Shown piece by piece: positions 1 to 12,671 of a stretch of 42,743 nucleotides of DNA. A model generated the notes under the pieces. That model saw only the letters and a list, made by a program, of their open reading frames with translations, had not been told where the DNA came from and ran no database searches. How positions within the stretch are numbered: the first letter of the stretch is position 1; the number at the start of each line of letters is the position of its first letter. The position numbers were made by a program, and so were the translations under genes. The DNA is from Marinoscillum sp. (GTDB lineage Bacteria > Bacteroidota > Bacteroidia > Cytophagales > MED-G16). Location of the stretch: NCBI GenBank assembly GCA_038125345.1, contig JAYPDR010000001.1, positions 1 to 42,743 of the forward strand. The letters are read 5' to 3'.

Positions 1-45
1 TGATTTTGGAACAGCATTAACATTTACAGTTGTTTCTCAAAATAA

Positions 46-1965
46 GGAAATTCTTATAGGCTTGTTGGGTTTGAAATATCTCCAATTCTATGGAAAAAAA
101 TTAAGAGAGGACTTTCTGCAGGAAGAGTTCAATCAGTTGCTGTAAAATTTCTAGTTGATAGAGAAAATGAAATTAATGAATTTATTCCAGAATCTTCATT
201 TAAAACTTTAGCAACTTTTTCTTCTAATGAACAAGAATTTTATGCAGAACTTAATAAAAAGTTTGATTCTGAAACTGAAGCTGAAAAATATTTGGAATCA
301 TGTATAAACTCTAATTTCTCAATTCAAAACATTGAAAAAAAATCTTCTAAAAGAGCTCCTTCAGCACCATTTACAACTTCATCTTTACAACAAGAAGCTA
401 GTAGAAAATTAGGATTTTCTCCATCCTTAACAATGTCAACTGCACAAAGATTATATGAAGCTGGTCATATTACTTACATGAGAACTGACTCTTTCAATTT
501 ATCTGAGGAAGCACTAGAAAATTCTGAGGCCACTATTAAATCTAAATTTGGAGACAATTATTTTAATAGAAGAGTTTATAAAACTAAAAATGACTCTGCA
601 CAAGAAGCCCATGAAGCAATTAGACCAACTAATTTTGATTTAGAGATAACTGGAAAATCAGATTCAGAAAAAAAACTATATAACTTAATTTGGAGAAGAA
701 CCATTGCCTCTCAAATGAGTGAGGCTTTGTTTGATAGGACTATTGTCAATATTATAAATAATCAAGAACCAATTTTCAAGGCTTCTGGAGAGGTTATGGT
801 TTTTGATGGTTTTCTTAAAATTTATAGTGATAAATCTGATAACACAAAGTTTCTTCCTAACCTTAAAAATAAATCTTTACTTAAAACAGTAGAAATTTTA
901 AGCAAACAAGTTTATTCTAAACATCCTCCAAGATACTCCGAAGCAACATTAATTAAAAAAATGGAAGACTCTGGAATTGGTAGACCATCAACTTATGCTG
1001 AAACTATTAAAAAAATAAAAGAAAGAAATTATGTTATTAAAGAGGAGAGAGATGGCAATATTATTAGCAGCAAAGAAATGAGATTGAGCAATAATAAGAT
1101 AAGTAAAGAAGTTAAAAAAGAAAAAACTGGATTTGAAAAAAATAAAATTTATCCAACTAATATGGGAATGTTTGTAACAGAATTTCTTAACCAGAATTTT
1201 AACTCAAGTTTTATGGATTATTCATTTACTGCTAAAACTGAATCTGAACTAGATCAAATAGCCTATAAAGGAGAAAACTGGAATAAAATGATTGAAAACT
1301 TTTATGATATTTTTTCTAAATTATCTAAAAGTGTTCCCGAAGAAAGATTTCATCTTGAAAAAAGTCTTGGAGAGATTGAAGGAAAAAAAGTCATTGCTAG
1401 AGTTGCAAGATATGGACCAGTAATTCAAATTGGAGATAAGGATGACTCTGAGAATGGCTTCCCAAAATATTTTAACTTATCTTCAGATATGCTGATTAGA
1501 CATATTTCAATAGATCAAGCATTAGAAATTATAAATAAAAAAGAAAATGATAATGAATTGCTATCTTTTGAATACCAAGACGGCACAGTTGAATTAAAAA
1601 ATGGAAAATTCGGATATTATATTAGATATAATCATAAAAATTTCAAAATTGACAATGAGAAATATCCAGAAATACAAAATCTTAATAAGGAACAAATGAT
1701 TGAAATAATTAGTGCTCCAATAGAAAAATCAAAAGATATTTTAAAAGAATTTCAAAATGGAATTCAAATCAGACTAGGAAAATATGGTAAACCCCCTTAC
1801 TTACTTGCTGTTAGAGGAACTGAAATTGGCAAAACTTTTCAGAAAAATAGAAAAAAGCCCTTTATTTCATTTCCAAAAGAGATATTAGAAAAATATAAAA
1901 ATAATATTGAAGAAATATCAGAAGAAGAAGTACATGAAATAATTCAAAAATTTCTTAATAAATAA
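46..1965 (+). CDS. topA: DNA topoisomerase I (type IA), N-terminal part missing; reading frame broken near nt 43-57
   Basis: Frame 1 from nt 46 reads RLVGFEISPILWKKIKRGLSAGRVQSVAVKFLVDRENEI, so the M at 292 in the ORF track is internal. The active-site Tyr motif GHITYMRTDS is present. The C-terminal repeats are Cys-free (GKFGYYI, GKYGKPPY). An in-frame TAA lies at 43-45. Confidence 0.9.
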   Translation, partial: GNSYRLVGFEISPILWKKIKRGLSAGRVQSVAVKFLVDRENEINEFIPESSFKTLATFSSNEQEFYAELNKKFDSETEAEKYLESCINSNFSIQNIEKKSSKRAPSAPFTTSSLQQEASRKLGFSPSLTMSTAQRLYEAGHITYMRTDSFNLSEEALENSEATIKSKFGDNYFNRRVYKTKNDSAQEAHEAIRPTNFDLEITGKSDSEKKLYNLIWRRTIASQMSEALFDRTIVNIINNQEPIFKASGEVMVFDGFLKIYSDKSDNTKFLPNLKNKSLLKTVEILSKQVYSKHPPRYSEATLIKKMEDSGIGRPSTYAETIKKIKERNYVIKEERDGNIISSKEMRLSNNKISKEVKKEKTGFEKNKIYPTNMGMFVTEFLNQNFNSSFMDYSFTAKTESELDQIAYKGENWNKMIENFYDIFSKLSKSVPEERFHLEKSLGEIEGKKVIARVARYGPVIQIGDKDDSENGFPKYFNLSSDMLIRHISIDQALEIINKKENDNELLSFEYQDGTVELKNGKFGYYIRYNHKNFKIDNEKYPEIQNLNKEQMIEIISAPIEKSKDILKEFQNGIQIRLGKYGKPPYLLAVRGTEIGKTFQKNRKKPFISFPKEILEKYKNNIEEISEEEVHEIIQKFLNK

Positions 1966-1969
1966 AGTT

Positions 1970-5750
<3,781 letters not shown>

Positions 5751-5837
5751 TTATATAATTAAACGCATATCTTAGGGAAGATATATTTCTTTTTTTTATA
5801 TAAAAATTATCTTTAAAATATTAGATTTATATAAAAA

Positions 5838-7019
5838 ATGGCAAGTAGAAAAGATTTTGAATCAGTAGATTTTTATGATATTGATCAGCTTCTTACTGAT
5901 GAACAAAAATTAGTAAGAAATTCAGTAAGAGAATTTGTTTCAAAAGAGATATTACCATATATTGATCATTGGTTTGAAGAAAATCATTTCCCTTTACAGA
6001 TAGTTAAAAAAATGGGAAATGTTGGAATTTTTGGGCCAAATGTTTCCCAAAAATATGGTGGTGGTGGAATGGATCATATTTCATATGGTTTAATTATGCA
6101 AGAACTAGAGAGAGGTGATTCTGGAATGAGATCGACTGCTTCTGTTCAAAGTTCTCTTGTCATGTATCCCATAGAAAGTTATGGATCTGAAGCACAAAAA
6201 AATAAATTTCTGCCAAAACTTGCTTCTGGTGAAATGCTTGGATGTTTTGGATTAACTGAGCCTGATTATGGATCAAACCCTGGAGGAATGATTACAAAAA
6301 TAGAAGATAAGGGAGAATACTATTTATTAAATGGTGCTAAAATGTGGATTTCAAATTCGCCTGAAGCTGACATAGCTGTAGTATGGGCTAAAGATGAAAA
6401 TAAAAGAATTAAGGGAGTAATAGTTGAGAAAGGGATGGAAGGCTTTTCAGCTCCTAAAACAAATAAAAAACTTTCTTTAAGATCAAGCTTAACTGGAGAA
6501 TTAGTTTTTGATAATGTAAAAATTCCAAAAGAAAATCTTCTGCCAAACAAAGATGGATTAGGAGCACCTCTTGGTTGTCTAGATAAAGCGAGATATGGAA
6601 TTTCATGGGGGGCTATTGGAGTTGCAATGGATTGTTATCATGCAGCAAAAAAATATTCTTTAGAAAGAAAACAATTTAATAAACCAATTGCCTCTTTTCA
6701 GCTTATTCAAAAAAAATTAGCTGAAATGCTTACTGAAATTACTAAAGCTCAATTATTATGTTGGAGACTAGGTAATCTTATGGATCAAGGAAAAGCGTCT
6801 TCAGCTCAAATATCTTTAGCAAAAAGAAATAATGTAGAAATAGCTTTAAAAATTGCTAGGGAAGCAAGACAAATTCATGGTGGGATGGGTATAACTAGTG
6901 ACTTCCCAATGATGAGGCATATGATGAATCTTGAATCTGTAATAACTTACGAGGGTACTCATGATATTCATTTGTTAATACTAGGAAATGAAATAACTGG
7001 AATTTCTGCATTTTCTTAA
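5838..7019 (+). CDS. Acyl-CoA dehydrogenase, glutaryl-CoA dehydrogenase-like
   Basis: Motifs CFGLTEPDYGSNPGGM and TYEGTHDIHLLILGNEITGISAF are characteristic of the glutaryl-CoA dehydrogenase subgroup of acyl-CoA dehydrogenases. Length is 393 aa. Confidence 0.8.
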   Translation: MASRKDFESVDFYDIDQLLTDEQKLVRNSVREFVSKEILPYIDHWFEENHFPLQIVKKMGNVGIFGPNVSQKYGGGGMDHISYGLIMQELERGDSGMRSTASVQSSLVMYPIESYGSEAQKNKFLPKLASGEMLGCFGLTEPDYGSNPGGMITKIEDKGEYYLLNGAKMWISNSPEADIAVVWAKDENKRIKGVIVEKGMEGFSAPKTNKKLSLRSSLTGELVFDNVKIPKENLLPNKDGLGAPLGCLDKARYGISWGAIGVAMDCYHAAKKYSLERKQFNKPIASFQLIQKKLAEMLTEITKAQLLCWRLGNLMDQGKASSAQISLAKRNNVEIALKIAREARQIHGGMGITSDFPMMRHMMNLESVITYEGTHDIHLLILGNEITGISAFS

Positions 7020-7843
7020 TGATCTTTTCAGACAATTTTTTAATTAGTGACTCAGGGAAAAAAATTTATTTGAGAAAATGGTATCCTACTAATAAAAAAA
7101 TCAAAAAGGTAGTGCTAATTGTTCATGGTCTGGGAGAGCATTCAGGCAGATATGAACATATTGCTGATAAATTAACTTCTAAAAATGCTGCGGTATTTGC
7201 TTTAGATTTAATTGGTCATGGAAAAAGTGAAGGAAAAAGGGGACATATAAATTCAATTAACGAATATTTAGATTCCATTGAAAAGACAATGATCTTAATC
7301 AGAAGAAAATTTTTAGAAATTCCTATGATTATTTATGGACATAGTTTAGGGGGATTAGTTTGTTTAAAATTTTTAATTGAAAAAGAAAGTAAAGAAATAT
7401 CAAAAGCAATACTATCATCCCCATGGATTGAAACAAAAATTAAAATTCCAAATTACTTATTATGGATACATAAAATTTTACATAGAATATTTCCAAAATT
7501 ACAATTAAACAATAACCTAAATATATATGATCTTTCTAAAGAAAAAGATGAAGTAATGAAGTATAAAAATGATAAGCTTGTTCACGATAAAATTTCCTTG
7601 AATCTTTTCTCTGAAATTTTAAATTCTATTCGTGATGTAAAAAATAGATGTAATAGAATCAAAGTACCTTCATTACTTTTTCATGGAGAAGATGATAAAA
7701 TTATATCTTTAGATGGAACAAAATATATTCATGATAATATAAAAAATTCAAAATTTATTTTGTTCAAAAATGTATATCATGAACCTCATAACGACTCAGA
7801 AAAATTAATGGTTATTGATAAAATAATAAAATTTATTAATTAA
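7019..7843 (+). CDS. Alpha/beta hydrolase (lysophospholipase / monoacylglycerol lipase-like)
   Basis: Contains HGLGEHSGRY and the nucleophile elbow GHSLGG, with a C-terminal H in YHEPHND. Its ATG overlaps the upstream stop (TAATG). Confidence 0.7.
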   Translation: MIFSDNFLISDSGKKIYLRKWYPTNKKIKKVVLIVHGLGEHSGRYEHIADKLTSKNAAVFALDLIGHGKSEGKRGHINSINEYLDSIEKTMILIRRKFLEIPMIIYGHSLGGLVCLKFLIEKESKEISKAILSSPWIETKIKIPNYLLWIHKILHRIFPKLQLNNNLNIYDLSKEKDEVMKYKNDKLVHDKISLNLFSEILNSIRDVKNRCNRIKVPSLLFHGEDDKIISLDGTKYIHDNIKNSKFILFKNVYHEPHNDSEKLMVIDKIIKFIN

Positions 7844-7870
7844 TTTCTATTGAAATTAAATTTTAATTAT

Positions 7871-8560
7871 ATGAAAATTCATTTTATTCTATGCTTTGTA
7901 ATTATGTTATCTTCATGTCAATCAAAATATTCTACCTCAGAAAATGAATGGACTAATTTATCGAGCGATTCATTTGAAAATTGGCATACTTATCTTTCAG
8001 ATTCAATAGTTGGATGGAAAATTGAAGATGGATCATATGTTTATTATCCTGGTAGTGGATCAGGAAATAATGGGCTTGTTTCTAACAAAGAATATACCAG
8101 CTTTATTTTATCATTGGAATGGAAAGTTGAAGAAAATGGAAATAGTGGTATATTTTGGGGAGTAAATGAAACAGAAGAGTTCTCTGTCCCATATTTAACT
8201 GCCCCAGAGATTCAGGTTATTGATGATAATATTTACGGAAAAAATGACACCTCAAACTTTAAGCATATGAATGGTGCTTTATATGACATGGTTGCTCCTA
8301 CTGAACTATTAGCAAACCCTACTGGTGAATGGAATTCATATCTTATAGAAATAGACTATAATAAGAACAATGGGAAAATTTCTTTAAATGGGAAAGAATC
8401 CATTTCTTTTCCTTTATTTGGTGAAGAGTGGAATTCTTTAATATATAACTCAAAATTTAAAGATTGGGGAGGTTTTGCAAAAAAAAGAACTGGTAGAATA
8501 GCATTTCAAGACCATGGCACAAAAGTTTACTACAAAAACATAAAAATTAAAGAATTATGA
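7871..8560 (+). CDS. DUF1080 (3-keto-disaccharide hydrolase-like) lipoprotein
   Basis: The C-terminus GRIAFQDHGTKVYYKNIKIKEL and the internal NSGIFW are typical of DUF1080. MKIHFILCFVIMLSSCQ looks like a lipoprotein signal (LSSC). I prefer the ATG at 7871 over the TTG at 7850 in the ORF track. Confidence 0.65.
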   Translation: MKIHFILCFVIMLSSCQSKYSTSENEWTNLSSDSFENWHTYLSDSIVGWKIEDGSYVYYPGSGSGNNGLVSNKEYTSFILSLEWKVEENGNSGIFWGVNETEEFSVPYLTAPEIQVIDDNIYGKNDTSNFKHMNGALYDMVAPTELLANPTGEWNSYLIEIDYNKNNGKISLNGKESISFPLFGEEWNSLIYNSKFKDWGGFAKKRTGRIAFQDHGTKVYYKNIKIKEL

Positions 8561-9864
8561 TTAATAAGCTATTTTTATTGATTTTGCTAATTACATTATC
8601 ATCATCAAAAAATAAAAATAAATTTGATTTTATAGAAAAAGATATCCCCTATCTTAAAAATCTTTATTTAGATTTTCATCAAAATCCTGAAATTTCATTA
8701 ATGGAAAAATCTACATCCAAAAAGTTAGCAAATGAGCTTAAAAAAATCGGGTTCAATGTGACCGAAAATTTTGGTGGATATGGAATAGTAGGCATTTTCA
8801 AAAATGGAGATGGTCCAACAATACTTTACAGAACTGATATGGATGCCTTGCCAATGGAAGAAAAAACTAACTTGCCATATGCAAGTAAAGTTAAAACTAA
8901 AAATTTTGATGGAAATGAAGTAGGGACAATGCATTCTTGTGGACATGATATACATATGTCAGTATGGACAGGAACTGCAAGGGCTTTAATTGAACGAAAA
9001 AATGATTGGAAAGGAACAATTATGATGATAGGTCAACCAGCTGAAGAAATTGGTGCTGGAGCAGCAATGATGCTTAATGAAGGTTTGTTTGAAAAATTTC
9101 CAATTCCAAAATATGGTATTGCTTTACATTCATCACCAACCATTCCAGCTGGAATGGTTGGGTTTGGTAAAGGATATACTATGGCAAATACTGAATCGAT
9201 AGATATAAAAATATTAGGTCAAGGTGCTCATGGTGCATCTCCACATATGTCAATTGATCCTATAGTAACAGCTTCATTGATCATAATGGAATTACAAACT
9301 ATAGTTAGCAGAAATATTAATCCAATAGACGATGCGGTAATAACTGTAGGATCTATAAAAGGGGGAACTAAACACAATATTATTCCAGATGAAGTTAACT
9401 TACAACTAACAGTAAGGACTTACAAAGAATCAGTAAGAAAATTAATTCACAAAAGAATTAAAGAGATTTGCAATGGTGTTGCCTCTTCCATGGGCTTAGA
9501 TGAATCAAGATGGCCAAAGGTAGAAATACCAGATTTGTACACTCCAGCTAACTATAATAATGAAAATTTAGTTGATTTAATGGTCAACGTTTCTACTTCA
9601 GTTCTAGGAACGAGCAATGTAATTGAATCTGAACCTCAAATGGTAGGTGAAGATTTTGCGAGATACGGAAATACAAAAGAAAAAATACCAACAGTATTGT
9701 ATTGGTTAGGAACAGTACCTGAAGAAAGAATATTAAAGTATAATGAGGGAAACTATGCTCTACCAGCCCTTCATTCTCCTTTTTATTTTCCTGATATAGA
9801 AAATTCCATTCGAACTGGTGTTTCAGTAAGCACTGAATCATTAATCACTCTATTTAATAATTAA
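8557..9864 (+). CDS. M20-family amidohydrolase (N-acyl-amino acid / hippurate hydrolase-like), secreted
   Basis: Metal-site motifs HSCGHDIH and GQPAEE are present, with a hydrophobic N-terminus. The start overlaps the DUF1080 stop (ATGA). Confidence 0.8.
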   Translation: MINKLFLLILLITLSSSKNKNKFDFIEKDIPYLKNLYLDFHQNPEISLMEKSTSKKLANELKKIGFNVTENFGGYGIVGIFKNGDGPTILYRTDMDALPMEEKTNLPYASKVKTKNFDGNEVGTMHSCGHDIHMSVWTGTARALIERKNDWKGTIMMIGQPAEEIGAGAAMMLNEGLFEKFPIPKYGIALHSSPTIPAGMVGFGKGYTMANTESIDIKILGQGAHGASPHMSIDPIVTASLIIMELQTIVSRNINPIDDAVITVGSIKGGTKHNIIPDEVNLQLTVRTYKESVRKLIHKRIKEICNGVASSMGLDESRWPKVEIPDLYTPANYNNENLVDLMVNVSTSVLGTSNVIESEPQMVGEDFARYGNTKEKIPTVLYWLGTVPEERILKYNEGNYALPALHSPFYFPDIENSIRTGVSVSTESLITLFNN

Positions 9865-10320
9865 AGTTTTTTTGGTTTCAGTTGAACTGAAAATATGAAA
9901 AAATTTTTCTCCGTATATATCTGCTTGAAAAATATTTTTTTGAGAATCATATATAGAAATTAAAATTTCATTAGCAAGCTCTATTGAGTTTATTATATTA
10001 TTAAATTTGTTAACGAATATTATCTCTATCACATCATTTATTATTTCTATATTTTTTAAAGAAAAAAAAACTCTTTCTCCATTAATCTGAAATTGTAATT
10101 TGTTATTTACATAATCATCTATATTTCTATAATTTTTTTCAATTTTGGAATAAGAATCAATTGAAATTGAAAATCCATGGTAGTTTCGTAATCCATCTTC
10201 TAAATCATCTTTAAAAAATTTAACTTTTAATTCTAAATTGTCATCATAAACCCAAAGTTTAGATGATGAAATAAAGATGGGATGTGTGATAGAAAATAAA
10301 GTTAACAGATAAAATATCAT
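9850..10320 (-). CDS. Hypothetical exported protein, DUF6702-like
   Basis: The pattern THPIFISSSKLWVYDDNLELKVKFFKDDLE ... FQINGERV ... SIELANEILISIYDSQKNI resembles the flavobacterial DUF6702 family as I recall it. Its 3' end overlaps the M20 gene by 15 nt. Confidence 0.5.
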   Translation of the reverse strand: MIFYLLTLFSITHPIFISSSKLWVYDDNLELKVKFFKDDLEDGLRNYHGFSISIDSYSKIEKNYRNIDDYVNNKLQFQINGERVFFSLKNIEIINDVIEIIFVNKFNNIINSIELANEILISIYDSQKNIFQADIYGEKFFHIFSSTETKKTLIIK

Positions 10321-10396
10321 GACTAAATTTAATTAATGTATCTCAAATTTTTTATAAGAAAAATATTTTACTATTATTGATTTGAACTAAACCAAA

Positions 10397-12097
10397 ATGA
10401 ATATAAATATACAATCTCAAAAAGATAATTTATTTGATGCAATTGTTGTAGGAACAGGTGTTAGTGGAGGGTGGGCGGCAAAAGAATTAACCGAAGGAGG
10501 CTTAAAAACATTAGTATTAGAAAGAGGAAGAGATGTAAAACACGTGAAAGATTATCCTACAATGAATAAACATTCCTGGGAGTTACCATACAGAGATCAA
10601 ATTACAGCTAAAGAAAGAAAAGATTATCCTGTCCAATTAAGAACTGGATATACTGTTAGACAATCAACTAAGCACTGGTGGGTTAAAGATACAGATCAAC
10701 CTTATACTGAAAAAAAAGGTGCTTTTGATTGGATACGAGGTTACCATGTAGGTGGAAGGTCTTTAATGTGGGGACGACAAGTTTATAGATGGAGTGACTT
10801 AGATTTTAAGGCAAATGCTAAGGAAGGAATAGCAATAGATTGGCCAATTAGATATACCGATATAGAAAAATGGTATGATCATGTTGAAAATTTTATTGGC
10901 ATTAGTGGTATGCAAGAAGGCCTATCTCAACTTCCTGATGGAAAATTTTTACCTGCAATGGAAATGAATTGTGTTGAAAAAGATTTTAAAAATGATTTAT
11001 TTGAAAAATTTGGGAGGACTTATACTATAGGAAGAGTTGCTCATGTAACAAAATCCCATAACGGAAGAGGCCCATGTCAAAGTAGAAATCTTTGTATTAG
11101 AGGATGCCCTTACGGAGCTTATTTTAGCTCTAATTCTTCAACACTCCCCGTTGCTGAAGCTACTGGAAATATGACTTTAAGGCCAAATTCTATTGTTCAC
11201 TCTTTAATTTATGATGATTCAAAAGGTAAAGCTACAGGAGTCAGAGTAATTGACTCTGAAACATTAGAGATGACTGAATATTATTCTAAAATTATTTTTT
11301 TAAATGCTTCAGCTATTAATTCAACTTTAATTATGCTAAACTCAAAATCTAATAGATTTGAAAATGGTTTTGGAAATGATTCTGGTGAGCTGGGTCACAA
11401 CTTAATGGACCATCACTTTAAAGCTGGAGCGCGAGCAGTTATTGATGGCTATGAAGATAAATATTATCATGGAAATAGACCTAATAGTGGCTATCTAGCT
11501 AGATTTAGAAATCTTAAGAATAATGACATGAACTTTTTAAGAGGATATGGGTATCAAGGTGGAGCAAGTAGAAGTGGTTGGTTTAGAGCTGCAGAAGAAG
11601 GACTTACTGGTGATAATTTATTTGATAAAGCTTTATCTCCTGGAGGTTGGAGTATGAATTTACTTGGATTTGGAGAAATTCTTCCATATCACGATAATAA
11701 AATGTATTTAGATAATACTAAACTTGACAAATGGGGAATGCCAACCGTAGTTTTTGAGACAGAAATAAAAGAAAATGAGTTAAAAATGAGAGAGGATATG
11801 AAAAACTCTGCAGCTGAAATGTTAGACTCATGTGGATTTAGAAATGTTGAGCCATATGATAATTTTTATAGTATGGGAAATGGTATTCATGAAATGGGTA
11901 CTGCTAGAATGGGAAATGACCCTAAGACATCAGTATTAAATAAATGGAATCAAGTTCATTCTTCAAAAAATGTTTTTGTGACTGACGGAGCATGTATGAC
12001 ATCTGCAAGTTGTGTTAATCCATCAATTACCTATATGGCATTAACTGCTAGAGCAGCTAATTACGCTATTGACCAACTTAAAAAAAGAAATTTATAA
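10397..12097 (+). CDS. GMC-family FAD oxidoreductase (large subunit, gluconate 2-dehydrogenase-like)
   Basis: N-terminal FAD fold DAIVVGTGVSGGWAAKEL and C-terminal HEMGTARMGNDPKTSVLN ... NVFVTDGA. The protein has no signal peptide of its own. Confidence 0.8.
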   Translation: MNINIQSQKDNLFDAIVVGTGVSGGWAAKELTEGGLKTLVLERGRDVKHVKDYPTMNKHSWELPYRDQITAKERKDYPVQLRTGYTVRQSTKHWWVKDTDQPYTEKKGAFDWIRGYHVGGRSLMWGRQVYRWSDLDFKANAKEGIAIDWPIRYTDIEKWYDHVENFIGISGMQEGLSQLPDGKFLPAMEMNCVEKDFKNDLFEKFGRTYTIGRVAHVTKSHNGRGPCQSRNLCIRGCPYGAYFSSNSSTLPVAEATGNMTLRPNSIVHSLIYDDSKGKATGVRVIDSETLEMTEYYSKIIFLNASAINSTLIMLNSKSNRFENGFGNDSGELGHNLMDHHFKAGARAVIDGYEDKYYHGNRPNSGYLARFRNLKNNDMNFLRGYGYQGGASRSGWFRAAEEGLTGDNLFDKALSPGGWSMNLLGFGEILPYHDNKMYLDNTKLDKWGMPTVVFETEIKENELKMREDMKNSAAEMLDSCGFRNVEPYDNFYSMGNGIHEMGTARMGNDPKTSVLNKWNQVHSSKNVFVTDGACMTSASCVNPSITYMALTARAANYAIDQLKKRNL

Positions 12098-12099
12098 TT

Positions 12100-12660
12100 A
12101 TGAAAAGAAGAGAAGCATTTAAAAATATATCTTTATTCATTTATGGTTCACTTGCGATACCAGCTGGATCATTCTTACACTCTTGTAGCCCCTCAACAAA
12201 AAAAGTTGACTGGACTCCAAAATTTTTGAATGATGAAGAAGCTTTCTTTTTAAGTGAGATTACTAATACTATTATTCCAAACACTGAATACCCAGGAGCT
12301 TTAGAAGCAGGAGTTCCTTCAGAAATTGAAGATTATATATTTAATACTTTTGAAGATGAAGATATCATTCAATTTAGGAAGGAGTTAGCTCAGTTGGAAA
12401 AGTTTTTAAGTTCTAACTCTAAGAGTTTTTATAATTTGACATTATTGGAAAAAACAACTGCATTAAACAATCTTCAGCTGAGTGAAAGTAATTATGAAAG
12501 AAAAATATATATGAAAATTAAATCATCAGTTGTCACTTCTTATTTCAGAAGCGAAATAGGAGCAACAAAAGTATTAAAATATAATGGCCCATCAATTGTT
12601 CTTGGAGAATATAAAGGTTGTATTCCTCTTAGTGATGTTGGAAAAACTTGGGCAATATAG
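12100..12660 (+). CDS. Gluconate 2-dehydrogenase subunit 3-family protein with Tat signal, possibly a lipoprotein
   Basis: The twin-arginine N-terminus MKRREAFKNISL is followed by a hydrophobic stretch and FLHSC. The gene starts 2 nt after the GMC gene, which matches the small-subunit arrangement. Confidence 0.65.
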   Translation: MKRREAFKNISLFIYGSLAIPAGSFLHSCSPSTKKVDWTPKFLNDEEAFFLSEITNTIIPNTEYPGALEAGVPSEIEDYIFNTFEDEDIIQFRKELAQLEKFLSSNSKSFYNLTLLEKTTALNNLQLSESNYERKIYMKIKSSVVTSYFRSEIGATKVLKYNGPSIVLGEYKGCIPLSDVGKTWAI

Positions 12661-12671
12661 GATATCAGTAT

